Positions 36,059-49,000 of a stretch of DNA of 64,000 bases are shown in pieces (positions within the stretch are counted from its first letter, which is position 1; each line of letters starts with the position of its first letter). The stretch comes from Chrysomallon squamiferum. Taxonomy: Eukaryota; Animalia; Mollusca. The notes beneath the pieces were generated by a model. It was not told the origin of the DNA. It was given only the letters and a program-made list of their open reading frames with translations, and ran no database searches. Location of the stretch: the NCBI GenBank assembly GCA_012295275.1, contig CM022672.1, positions 15,810,001 through 15,874,000 on the forward strand, read 5' to 3'. The translations under genes were made by a program, and so were the position numbers.

Positions 36059-39000
36059 AAAATAAAAATAAAAATAAAAATATATTTGAAAACACTTTTT
36101 TTTGTTATGAAAATATCAGGGCAGATTTTTGTGTAATAGGTTTTTTTAATATGAATGTCTCTTAGTATGAAAAATTTGTATTCTTGAAACAAATTGTTGG
36201 TATGTTTGTGTATAATACATGTATATTATAAAAAAATTCAGATTCTCTATAAACAGAGTCAGTGATTTATAGAGTGGTTTCAAACTGTGGGTTGCAGGAT
36301 CATTCCTCATGAAGCACCCACTGGACAACAATTTGTTTATCAAAGTCCATGTACCTATGAAAACTTACATGTACAAAATACACTGTTGCTAACTGACCAG
36401 AACTGACCATGGTGACCTCTCATATCACTGTTATACAACAAAAACTTATATTTCATACATATTAACTATCAGTGTTTTAGTAAAGTTATAAAGTTAATAA
36501 AGACAGTTTTATTTAATTCTACTTACTGGTTGGCTTCCATTAGAGTTAATTCAACATCATCAACAATACACGGCTCATCCATTGGTAAAACGTTAATGTA
36601 TCGTTCATCAACCTTTATCTTGGTTTTCACAAGGTTACCCGTCACCTAGGTAAAGATTATATATTTGAAAATGTTTATTTAATCATTAACACTAATCTAA
36701 ATGTGTAGGTAAATTTGTTTAAGTAGGTAAGTATTCACCTAACGACCTACCTATCTATCTAACTATCTATATAGGTATATATTTATCTATAAAATATTTT
36801 TCTGAGCATTTATGTAAATGTTATATATCTGTAAAAACAAAACAAATTAATCAATACAAAATGCATTTTGTCACTAAATAATGAAATACCTTAGTGCAGT
36901 ACAATGGTTGACTGAATCGCTTAGTGAGACCTCCATAGTGGTCATAATGGAAATGTGTTAGTATGTAAGCCTTGCATCCAGCAATAATGCCATAACGGAA
37001 AGCATCCACTGTTATTGAAGTATCTAAGAAAAAAATAAACTAATAACAATAATATAATAATTGCTACAGTTATATTATCTAATTATATTTAGTACAATTT
37101 ATTTCAGTATATAAATCATATAGAGTCTAATCATTAAAGCAAATATTTAAAAAATTAAATTGATGTTTAGTAGTATTAATTAGCATACATACATTATACA
37201 TATCACACACTTTAGAATAATTTTGTCAGTTTCTGTTTATTAATTACATACATCTGTAACAAATAGACTCAAATTTATTAATACTAATAACAGATGAAAC
37301 ATTTTAAACTACCTTTCTCTGACCACATATGGCCATGATACCAGAAGAACATATACAGAGATACATATTCTAATGGACATTAACCACACAATACAGCAAA
37401 TATTGTATAACATTCAATTTTATAAATTTGTTATTTAAAAACATATATATATATACTGTTTATAACTTAATTTTTTTTTTTTTTTTTTTTTAAAGTTATT
37501 AAATACTTCATTTGTACAAATAGCAAAATAATTTGTACACCTCAAAATGATTATTTTAATCTTTAAAAAACAGTAATCTAAAACAAAATAGTACACCAAG
37601 CTTATTGTGTACTCAGGTAAAAATGATCCTTAGACTGAATATGTACAACATGATAAAAAATGTATTCAGCCTATTTTACCTGGAATTTTTTTGTAAAATG
37701 GACAGTTGTACTTTCTCCCTCTAGAACCCTTCTGTGAATTTTGTGTTGGTAAAACCACTTCAGTTGTCTTTACTTCCAATTGGACATTATTCAATAATTC
37801 TTTCTGTTGGGGAGACAATTTTCTATTTCCAAATGGCTTAGATACAGATTTCTGAGGCTCTTGGACAAATTTGGTAATTTTAGTTTCACATGAATCATTT
37901 TTCGAGTTGGCAAAACCAGTTATTTTATTCTTGAAATAATTGAACATAGAAGTTTGTTTAGTTCTGTTCAGTAATAATGAAGGAGTAATGGAATCATCTA
38001 CAGTATTTCCAACACAATGTCTGTCTGTCATTTTGTTAGCCCAAGTCTCAGAAGTGTTAATTTTTGTGTTATCCTCAATAATAGCATTATTATTTTCAGA
38101 GCTTGACAGGCTGGATGAAAAGAACTTGTCTGAATGATTTTTCTCTACTTTAACTGAACCATCCTGCAATAACTCTGGCGTTTCAATGTCAGGATATTCC
38201 ATGTCATCATTAAAGTAATCTGCAAAGGCATCATCTTCAAGTGATGTCTGGATTACAGTTTGTTGATCTTCCATGTTTTCTACTTTCTCACAGTTTTCTG
38301 TTTTCACCATTTCAGACTGTTCCCCACTTTTAATCATTTTTGATTTTTCCCCATTATTCACAGTTTCAGACTTGTCTTCACTTTTCATGATTTCAGCCTT
38401 GTTCCCATCTTGACAATCATCATTATTTGCACTGACACATTTTTCACCTGATGAAACTCCAGAAGTTCCTTTACCCTGATCACCATCACCACTCATATTT
38501 AAAGATTCTTTTATAACAGCTGAATGGGATAATGTTACAGAATCTATAGAGCTATTTGCTAAATCACATTCACTCTCTGAATCTAGCTTTAAAACAGCTG
38601 CATCATTTCCCGAAGGCTGTAAAAGCTCATGAGAATCTGTACCAGTTCTGAATTTATCTCCATTAAAAACATTTATTTTCTCACAATCTTTCTGTTCACC
38701 CTTTTCTTGACCACAGTTATTACTTGTTTTATTTACATTTTTTTTCTCAATACTAGAAAATAAATTGGCAATATTATATGATGAACCTGAGTTTACATTT
38801 TTGAGTATTTTGTTATTAGGAGATTTTGAACTTGGACTTCTGAGCATTTTTGTTTTGGGAGACTTCGAGCTACTTCTTTTTATTGTTTTTGTTTTTGGAG
38901 ATTTACTGGCAGCTTTAGTTTTAGAAGCTAATTTACATGGACTTTTTACAAAGTTATCAGATAATTTAGTGTTATTGTTAGATTTTTCACATCCTGAAAA

Positions 39001-40921
39001 ACTCTGAGATACAACAACATCTTTCAGTTTGTCTGTTACTGAACACAAACTTGAGGTGCATATTTCTGAAGCTGAAAATATTTAAAATTTCAAATCAATT
39101 AAAATAAAATTAAGATAATTGTAATTAAAATTTCAACAAACTCATCGTATTACAATACTTTATATAAGACAGTTTAAAATTCTAAGTTCTCAGTAGTTTA
39201 TTAGCTTCTAATGAAATTACAGACCACTGTATATATAATTTCTGTATTTGTGTAACATTCAACAAACATTTGCATGTAGAATATTGAAATATCTTAATAT
39301 TTCTTTTAACTAATTTTCAAAGGCAATGTAAAAGAAAATTGAAAATTTAACCAGATTTAGGAAATCATCTAATCATTAAAAACAAAAGATTTTTCCATTT
39401 TAGGAATATGATCTGCAACTGTATAAATATTTATAAAATTAATAAAATAAGATCTGAAAAACATATTTAATCAGTTTCTAGAAAATTATCTATAAGCAGA
39501 AATATTTATAATTTATTAATAAATTAAAAATGTTAACCAGTTTTAGAAAGTTCATCTTGACTGGTAGAAAGTTGAGAAGAATGTGCTGCACGTGACTGGG
39601 CTAACATATTATGACTGAATCGTCTATAATGACTCTGTAGTGTACTGTCACACGTCAAACCATCAGGACATTCTGAAAAAAAAAATAATAATAAAAGTTA
39701 ATGTAAAATATTTTTAAAATTAATACAATAATTATTATAACAATGACCCTTTTAAATATTATATATTAGTATGGACACACACATACACACGTTTATGCAT
39801 ATTATTCAGTTATTTCATTAGTCTTTAATTGCCAGTTTAGGTGTTATAAGTTTATTCTGAAAAAAATAAAATTTAAAAAATAACAAATAAATTGTATAGG
39901 ATTTGAAGACAAAAATAAAATCAATATGCATGTATCTATTCTCTCAAGAATAATTTATGTTCATTAATTTTTTTATTAATTAGGAACTGCAGGATAAAAC
40001 AATAACTGTCATTGCTAAGATGCCAGCTTTATCCTGCTCAAGCTGAAAATTTGCTGTTCTAACCTTCATAGGATACATCATACAGGTGATAACTTAAGAC
40101 AGTAACCAGTGTGTGTGTGTGTGGACATACAAATAAAAATAAGTTGGTTACATTTGTATAACAAGATGGAGGAGAAAAAGATACAGAAATGTACAAAATT
40201 TTAAATACTATTATCAGCAATTAAATTGTTTTTATACAAAATATATTATACAAATTGAATTAATAATGCAATCTTCTTTAGTATTTTAATGTGCCATACC
40301 TACAGTAGCACCGATTTCCAAATCCATGCATTCCTCAGTATGCCTGTCAGGCGATTGGATTTTTAATGCAGAAAAAGGCATTTGACAAAATGGGCAGAAA
40401 CCTTCGTGTATTTTTCTTGATGTTGGTGTATTCAACGTTTTTGTTTCTTTCTTGGATTTAGTTAATGATAGAGATCTTCTCGATTTTAAACTGTTTTTAT
40501 TTTTGTGATAAGTAACAGGTGAAGTTTTTTTCCTCTTAAAGTTGTCTTCGCATTCTTCCTTTATTGACTTTTTAGCTTCCTCGTGATTTTGTGATTCCGA
40601 GGCATTAATTTGTGACACTTTAAAACAGTCTGAATCTGAGATATTCAAAGCTTCCGATTTCAATTTATTTCTTTTCTTTTTCGTGACTGGTTCTAAAGAA
40701 TGATATTCCTTTATCCTTTTTTCATGTTTACTTTTGGCATAAATTAACGTCGTATGCGAAAAAGGATATAAAAAGCTACATTTCTTTTTCTGGAATGGAC
40801 TTTTAGAAGTTTCATCATTTTTTATTTTTTTCTTGCGGTTACCTGCAGGCTGTGTCGCTCTTTTAAATCCTTTCATCGACTTGAAATCCCAAACACTGTC
40901 ATCATCATCATCAGAATCCAT
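33488..40921 (-). CDS. DCLRE1A: DNA cross-link repair 1A (SNM1A) MBL/beta-CASP exonuclease. Exons 40921-40300, 39672-39538, 39071-37680, 37023-36890, 36645-36527, 35568-35425, 35277-35132, 34844-34690, 34238-34097, 33696-33488
   Basis: UBZ (CPFCQMPF...HTEEC), PBZ ([21 protein letters not shown]), PIP box QTSMFNYF and [11 protein letters not shown]/beta-CASP motifs [47 protein letters not shown] and GVPYSEHSS. All 9 introns are GT-AG and phase-consistent. Confidence 0.96.
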
Positions 40922-40929
40922 TATATGTC

Positions 40930-42300
40930 CTTTTAAAAATTGTGAAAAAAAAGAAAGAAAAACATTTAAATAATTTTTGAATTTAATAACCAAAAAATAT
41001 TTTTTCCTTCTTGGACTAGAACTATCTTGTGTTTTCCGCCATTCAACTTTTCTTTCTTCATTGTAAAAAGCTCACTAAAAGGGAGTTAATTTTAAATTAC
41101 ACGTAAACGTCTTCAGATCATTGAAATATTCACACCTTAATAGATTTTATTTCACAGTTTTTACTTCAAATAAACTAATTATTTTATTCAGTTAATTGTT
41201 TTGAATAAAACACTTTCTCCTTGGCGATACGGAATTTTACCCCTGAGAAAATATTTAACAAGAACTTAAGTGACTGAACCGTGAACGCTTAATAGAAAAT
41301 AATTTATTACTAAATATATTGGTCATATCTTATTTCTTTATTTATTTAATATTGCTTATCAATAAACAGTTTATATTAATTAACTACTAACATTCACTAA
41401 TTTATTGTAAAAATAATGATGTAATAAAATTCAAGATTTTCAAAATGAGAATTACTAAAAGGGTTATCCGAGCAGTATCGTGATCTCTGGTGAAATTTAT
41501 ATTGAATAACTTATTCATGTTAAATTATAATAATTTGGTATAATTATGTTTGCAAAAAGCTGAAATTATTTTATTAACTTTTATTAAAACCGAATAATAA
41601 AACAATGATAATATTAAAGAGGTGACGACAGATATTAAATAAATAAATAACGAAATCAATTGCCTTATTATTTATGTATTTTTGTAGCAAAGTGTTAATA
41701 AAAATATTGAAACGGTGATAAAATTTATATTTAAAAACAAGACTTAAGTTATTTGAAATAATTTTCCACTATAGTATATATGTTGCATTCTAAATATTTG
41801 TAAATAACTAATAATATTCAGCAATATATATATATATATATATATTATTATTATTATTATTTTTTTTATTATTATTTTTTTTAACGAAAATGTAACTGCT
41901 TTAGAATCCTCGGAAGAATTCTGTTATCTATGGTATCTTATGTAATAACGGGTCCCAAGTAAAAGTGAACCTTAAGGGAACCTCAGCACTGACTGTAGAA
42001 GCCGGATAGCTGTTTTCCGGTGAAAAGAAAAAGAAGTTAGTTCAGATATGTTGCAGATTTGCCCATCGATTTGTTGAAACTGAAACTTATATTTGATCGC
42101 GTTTGTGATTTAAAATTATATTTATACAGTATTTTATAATTAGTTATACCCTGTATTTGTTTTTAAACGTATGCAACAGGTGCGTGATTCATCCGCGTTC
42201 GGTTTTCAATGGCGCGAGAAAGACAATTTTAAGTTTTTGACGCGAGTGCAAATTGTTGAACGTGGTTTTTACTTAGTTTGGCAGGTAAATTCTGATTTCA
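40930..42300. promoter_or_regulatory. Divergent (bidirectional) promoter region DCLRE1A / Pcl, with probable non-coding Pcl first exon(s) (donors at 42180 or 42286)
   Basis: Start codons are about 2.1 kb apart head-to-head. CpG-containing patches at 41030-41290 and 41940-42290, an E2F-like TGGCGCGAGA (42210), and donor-like cag|gtgcgt and cag|gtaaat. Confidence 0.6.
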
Positions 42301-43000
42301 GATTAATTAGAAACATCGTTTATTTTTAATAAGGCAGGTCAGTCGTATGGTTTTATGTGATCATAACATTCATTGCTTTTAATTTTATCAGCATAAATCG
42401 ATTAAAATATGTAACCACATTCTTAAACATTTAAAAAGAGGCCCTCAATGGATCATACTTACTTTGCATATTATTAACCATTTTTGTGACAGTCAAAGTC
42501 GATCTGCATATAATTACTAACGAAAGGTATTTTCATTAGTTAATGTGCACGAAAAAAAAAGAAGGTAAATACAGCTTTGAAATTATTTTTGACCATTCTG
42601 ATTCTCATTTGAATTGGGAAAAATTTTAATAATTTAAAAATCTTAAAAATAAATGAATTAAAACTGTCCTTTCATATTTAGGTTAATTTTATATATTAGC
42701 ATATTATTATTATTATTATTATTATTATTGATTATGTAATAATGAATTTTATATATATTGTTTTAAATTTTTTTGAAAGTGAAACCAGTCAAAGCAAGTT
42801 TTAGTAAAGCATATTTAAAATCGTGTATGTAACTATAAAAAAAGATGACTTATTTCACCTCATTGTCAGTGCCATTCTATATGTATAGACCAATGAACAT
42901 TTTTCAAGCACTTACATATTACATTTGAAAAAATGTAATTTTATATATTTAAAAAAATAGTGAAAATTTTAAATTATTATTTTTTGATTTTTTCAGATCA

Positions 43001-46000
43001 ATGCTTAGCCTTATGGCTGACAAACAGTTGGAAACAATGAGTAACTGTGAATCAGATAAATACTCTGTCAACCAAGAAGTTTTAGTTCGATGGAATGATG
43101 GCTTATTTTATTTGGGCCATATAACCAAAGTAAAGTATTTTAATAGATACAAGTAGAAGTTTGTGAGAGAGAGATAATTTAGATAATTAATTAAAAAAAA
43201 AGCGCCAGGAAATCATATCCTACTATTGCTTTGTAGTCACTTATAATGTATGTAATTATGATGGTTACAGTATTTTTAGAATATTCCAACTGGGTTGAGA
43301 TAGCTAATCTGGAAATGTAAACAATAATAGGCCACTGCTTAAAATACAGATAGCTGACAATGTTTAACTAAGATAAGTTCATAATTTATGAGTACTTCTT
43401 GGTATCTGGATTATTTGTATTCACATTTTCAGTATAATCACATGTATAATAATTTTAATTGACAGATCATTTCTATCATATTCTGGCTCAAAACTAATCC
43501 TAATGCATGTTCCTCTCCTTTATCATCGTTAGAAGTAACTGAGAGAGACAAATAAAGTATGTCCAACAGATGGAAACTAGCATCCATTGAAAATAACCTA
43601 TTTTCAGAAGAATTACCAGTAGTCATCAATATTATTTTATGGAATATATGTAAATACTAATAGGGAGAAAGTTATATTTTGTTTGTTTTTAACAGGTGAA
43701 ACCTCAGAAATGTTTGGTAAAGTTTGAAGATAATTCTGAGTTTTGGATTTTGCCAAAAGATATTCAACATGGTGATTGTTTAGATTACATATATATTACT
43801 AAAATATTTAATATCTACATATAATTACATTTTTTAAATCACACATTACATTTTCTATTATTGATATAAATAATAAGTAAATAATAATAATAAAAAACTT
43901 ATTTTTGTTCAGAATTTTTTAAACAGTTTGTTTTAACAAAAATACTTTATTGTATGTTGCACATGAGCATATTCTGTTATAAACTAAGTCAAACAACCTC
44001 TATGGCTATATCTCAATATTTTTACTTTATTTTATTTTAATGTAAGATTAATTTTTTAGAAATTTAAATAGAAGCTCGGTTTACATAATTCTTTTTTTAT
44101 TTGTTGTTGGTTTTTTGCACAATATAAGTATGTTATTAGTTTTTATTTGGATATTTTATTTTTAATATTTTAAATGTTATTTTATTTTCATTTGTTCACA
44201 AATTTTATTTCAGGTGCTCATAATGGCGACATTATGTGTTGCATCTGCCAAGATGGAACATCTGAGGCACCCAATGAAATTGTTCTCTGTGATAATTGTG
44301 GATTAGGTGAGTTTAGACATGTTTCAGATTTGCTTAAAGCTTACTTATTTAAGAACTTATATCTTCTACATTTAGTATGTGACTGAATTATTTTTATGTT
44401 TTTTCTTTTCTGATAAAGATTATTTAAATACAATATATTTTTTTTATGGATAATATTTTGATTTATATATTAATTTCATTAAAAAAAAATTATTTTAATT
44501 TTATTCTGTATAAAGGGGAAATTTAAAAGAAATTATTTTGCATTATTATTTTAAATATAAATAAAACAAGAATTTTTTTTTTAGTAATTTTTGTTTGTAT
44601 CTGATTTTTTTTAACAACATAAATTTTATATAGTTATAGAAGTTTAGTTTATATTATTCAGGCTATCATCAATTGTGCCATAATCCAACCATAGACAAAG
44701 AAATACTACAACCAGATGTTGAGTTTCTTTGCAGACTTTGTGTATTTGCAACAACAGTCAAGGTTAGAGTTAAAACATTGAGCAGTTTACTAGATGCAGT
44801 GCCTTTTACCATTTAACAAACTTTAATTATGTAGTATTTTATATTATGTCTATATTGCAAGTATATAAAAGAGTAATGAGAGAAAAATTTAAATATAGCT
44901 AAATTTTTGTGATATATGTAAAATTATTTTATAATACTTTTTATATACTTTTCAAATACCTTAAAAGTAATGAAATATTATATTTGTGGCATTACTTTCT
45001 AAAACCACAAAGTGAAAATTATTAGATATGTGATACATTTTAACTGTGTAGAAAAAATAAATAAAAATACCTTCACCCTTTCCTCTACACCAGAGAATTG
45101 TTGCTGCTAAAATATGTTGAGATGTTAATACATTTTTATCCATTCAAATACTTTTTTTTAGAAAGGTGGTGCTTTAAAGAAGGGCCCACATGGTGAGTGT
45201 AAGAAAATATAATATTTATCTATATCTTGAAAGTCCAATTTTCATTTCATGTTAAATCCTTTAATTTTCTGTTGAAGTTTTTAACCTGTTACAGTTTGTG
45301 TTATAATTTTATTTTACTTGTTTACCTTTTTTTTTTTTTTTTTTTTTTTTTTGCAGTTTTAACATTGTTTGGTGCTTTGTTACACTTTAATCTGTTCAAA
45401 ATTATTGATAAAAATAAACCATTCATTTGTGTAATATTTCTCAAAGATTTTTACAAAGAGGTAGTAAAACATTTAGAAATCCCTTTTTTATATCATTATT
45501 TTTATTAAATGTTTAATTTTTAAATGTATTTCTTTTTCAGACAAAGCTTTCCAAGTGATGAGACAGTCATTTCCATATACGGTAATGACTTTTAAATAGT
45601 CATTACAGATAATTACAATGTCACAACCAGCCAACCTAAATTTTGTTGAATAAATATATGATTATTATTTTAAGTGGCTAGTTTATTTAAATCACTGATT
45701 TGCACTTTTTATGTCTATAGGAAAATCATGCTGTTCGTTTCCATATAATGAAAGTATATACATGTTTCTTAATTACTAAAATTCAGTTTTAAAATTTTGC
45801 TTGTTCTTAATTCATCTGATTTTTAATACAATATGTTTTTCAGTTATTAATATTTCATGATTTCAAAAAAGTTTATATCTGGAACTGCTGTTTGTTTCTT
45901 CATTTTTTGTTTCAGTGATTTATAATACATGTTTTATGCTTGTTGTTTTTTCAGCTGGAAGATTTGAACTGGGATGCTAAACACAAAATGAATCTTGAAC

Positions 46001-49000
46001 AGTGTTACTGTTATTGTGGTGGTCCTGGAGAGTAAGTTTTTATATTTATTTTACATTGGATATTATTAGAATTGTATTCTGAATAATAGTTGCCTATTAT
46101 TTATACAATTCTTCACAATCAAAATATGTATTTTCTATATAAAAATGAGTTTAGATAATTTAAATTTTAAACAAGCAGTTTATAAATTTTTCAATATAAT
46201 ATAAACAAATTTGTAGTACTACTGGGCAATTTGATTTCCGAAACTTTGGTACAGCATTTCTAATTATTCAGAAATGATAATAAAGTTTACTGCAATAAAG
46301 CCTGATTGAGAGCCTTTTACAAATGTCATAAGTGTGAGCAATTTTCTGTGATTCATTTTATTTTTTCAAATTTGTGTACTTCAGGTAAAGAATTTCTAAT
46401 ATATTAGATAATTTTCCTTGGGTGAAGACCTTCCATCCAAGCTCAAGATACAGATTAGAACTATATTTTTGTTACTATAAATTAAAGTAATTCTGTGATT
46501 CAATACTAAAGATGGTAAATACTTGATTGTTGCAGCTGGTACATGAAGATGATACAGTGCTGCAGATGCAGACAGTGGTTTCATGAAGGTAATTAAGTCA
46601 CTTTCTTGTACAGAAATTGGTTATGTTATTTATCATTAATTATAATATAAAGCCACCTCAGATGTTAAAGTAGTGTTTAAATTTTAAAAACATAATAAAT
46701 AATAACAAATTAAATTAATGTAGTGTACTATTAACAGTATGTACTATAATAAATAAATAAAATAGTTATGCATTACTGGCCCTTGCAGATATCTTGTCCA
46801 TGTTTATAAATATGTGTGCATTCATACACATCATATGTATGCAATGCTTGTAACTGCAGGATACATTCTTTTCCATGAGGTTTTCCATGAAATGTTTGTG
46901 TTTAGTTATTGTTTTTGTTGTTTTACTTTTTGTTGTATTTTAGTTTTACAATTTCTGTGGAAACTATGATTATTTCAGTACATATATATTCATAAATATA
47001 GGTCTAAGACAAAATTATTGTGATAACCGAATTGCAAATTAATATTTTAATACTTTTTTTTTTTTAATGATTAAAAAGTACTAACTTTACATCATTGTTG
47101 ATTTTTCAGCATGCGTGCAGTGTTTAAATCAACCCTTGCTGTATGGTGATAAATTTTACCTCTTTGTATGTTCACACTGCAATCAAGGTCCAGAATACCT
47201 CAAAAGGCTTGATTTAAAATGGTAAGGTATTTAATTTTATTTAATCTAGTATTTTAACCTTGTACCAAAACAGAGCTTCAGTAATGGGTTTTATTACCAT
47301 AAAGCTTATTTTAATTAAAAATTATTTTTATATCTTTTGCAGATAAATTAAATTCTCTAAAAGTGATTGTTTAATATAGCTAAAGAAATATTTATATTTT
47401 AAATAACAAATAATTATTTGACAGTCTCATTCAGCTCAAGCTGTTTTTGAAAACATACATCATTTGGAAGTATGCTTATGTAAAAGCTTTTATTTTATTA
47501 ATGATTTAGTAATTTACTTTGATTAACAATAATACATTACCTTAATATTAATATTACCTGTGGTGCATCTTGTAATAATGTTTTTGTTCTCAGGACAGAT
47601 TTAGCACAAATAGCCATTTTTAATTTGACAATTATAAATGGGAGGAAATATTATGATCTGTATGAAGAATTGTTACCATGGATATATGATAACTGGGAGT
47701 CTTTAGTTTGTCCGGCAGTAAGTATAACAGCTCAGCAATAAAGTATTTAGTATTGATACAGAACATATATATCATATTTTATTTTGGATATATACTAATG
47801 ATTTTGTAAGACACATTAAAATTCTTGACAAATTTTTATCTTTATTCTTTGGTTATTTATACAAGAAACACTATCTATTTATAAGTATATAAGTATATAA
47901 TTAAAGTTTTGTACATAGAGTAAATATCAAGAAGAACTTAGTAATGGTTGTCAGAGAGAAATAGGGAAAGTTTAAGATGAAGAAAAAATACAGAAAATGA
48001 AAAAGTAGCAAAAACTGGATACAGTATTCATTTGACTTTCTTTCTTGTAATAACAAAGTTATTATTATAAATGAAAAGCATCTTTTTTTTTTTTTACACA
48101 GTCGTTAGAAGAAAATTGTCTTAAAAAAAAAAAAAATCCCAATATTCAGTATTTTCCTGTACATTGATAAATTACAAGACTTTTTAAAAAAAATCAAAAT
48201 TTAATTAAAATTTATACTGTTCTGATTGTTTCAGCTGGAGTTTGCCTCTCATGAAGAAATTTCAGAAAATGTCAGAGCAGTACTTCAGACTCACAAAAGC
48301 AGGTGCACTAATTTAAAAACAAATTATTTTACTTAAACAGTTAATAAGTATAATCTCACATTTATTTTTTAATAAGGCTGTATTTTCATATGAGTGAATC
48401 AAAATATTTTCTACAGTGAATGTTTTATTTTGGTGAGCAGATACGTGTATGGTATCCTGAAAACCTGACATGACATTTTTAATAAAATAGTGTTTCAAAA
48501 AAGAATATATGCAGATTGTAACTTTTCTTTTCAGATTTTCTTGTGGTTATGAAGTGAAAAAAAGAAGTACGTGGTGGGGTTTGCGCATTCGAGTTGCTCC
48601 TAGTGCACCAAATGTGATTTTGCCAACGGATGGAGAAATTAATGATGATGTTATGAGCAGTCTGCAAATGAAGGGCAGAAAAACTAAAACATTTGTTCCA
48701 TTACAATGGTATGAAAATGATTTGGATTAAAACATTAAATGATTTAGGCAGATATTAGGTACCAGCAGCCTAACTGATACAATTGGTCAAAGCTGTTAAA
48801 AGTTAGATTTTGTCCATTTTCCTCCACTCCCAAATCCCTTCTATAAATCCTACCATAAAAAACAAATACATGGAACTAAAGATCACAATGCGCTCTTTTA
48901 AGTGATGTGGTGTTGTATGTTAAATCAGTTCTTTGTACGATGGTGTTAAACGTGGTGGGGGTAAACACACTTCGGTGCCTGTGGTCAGCAATTAACAGCA

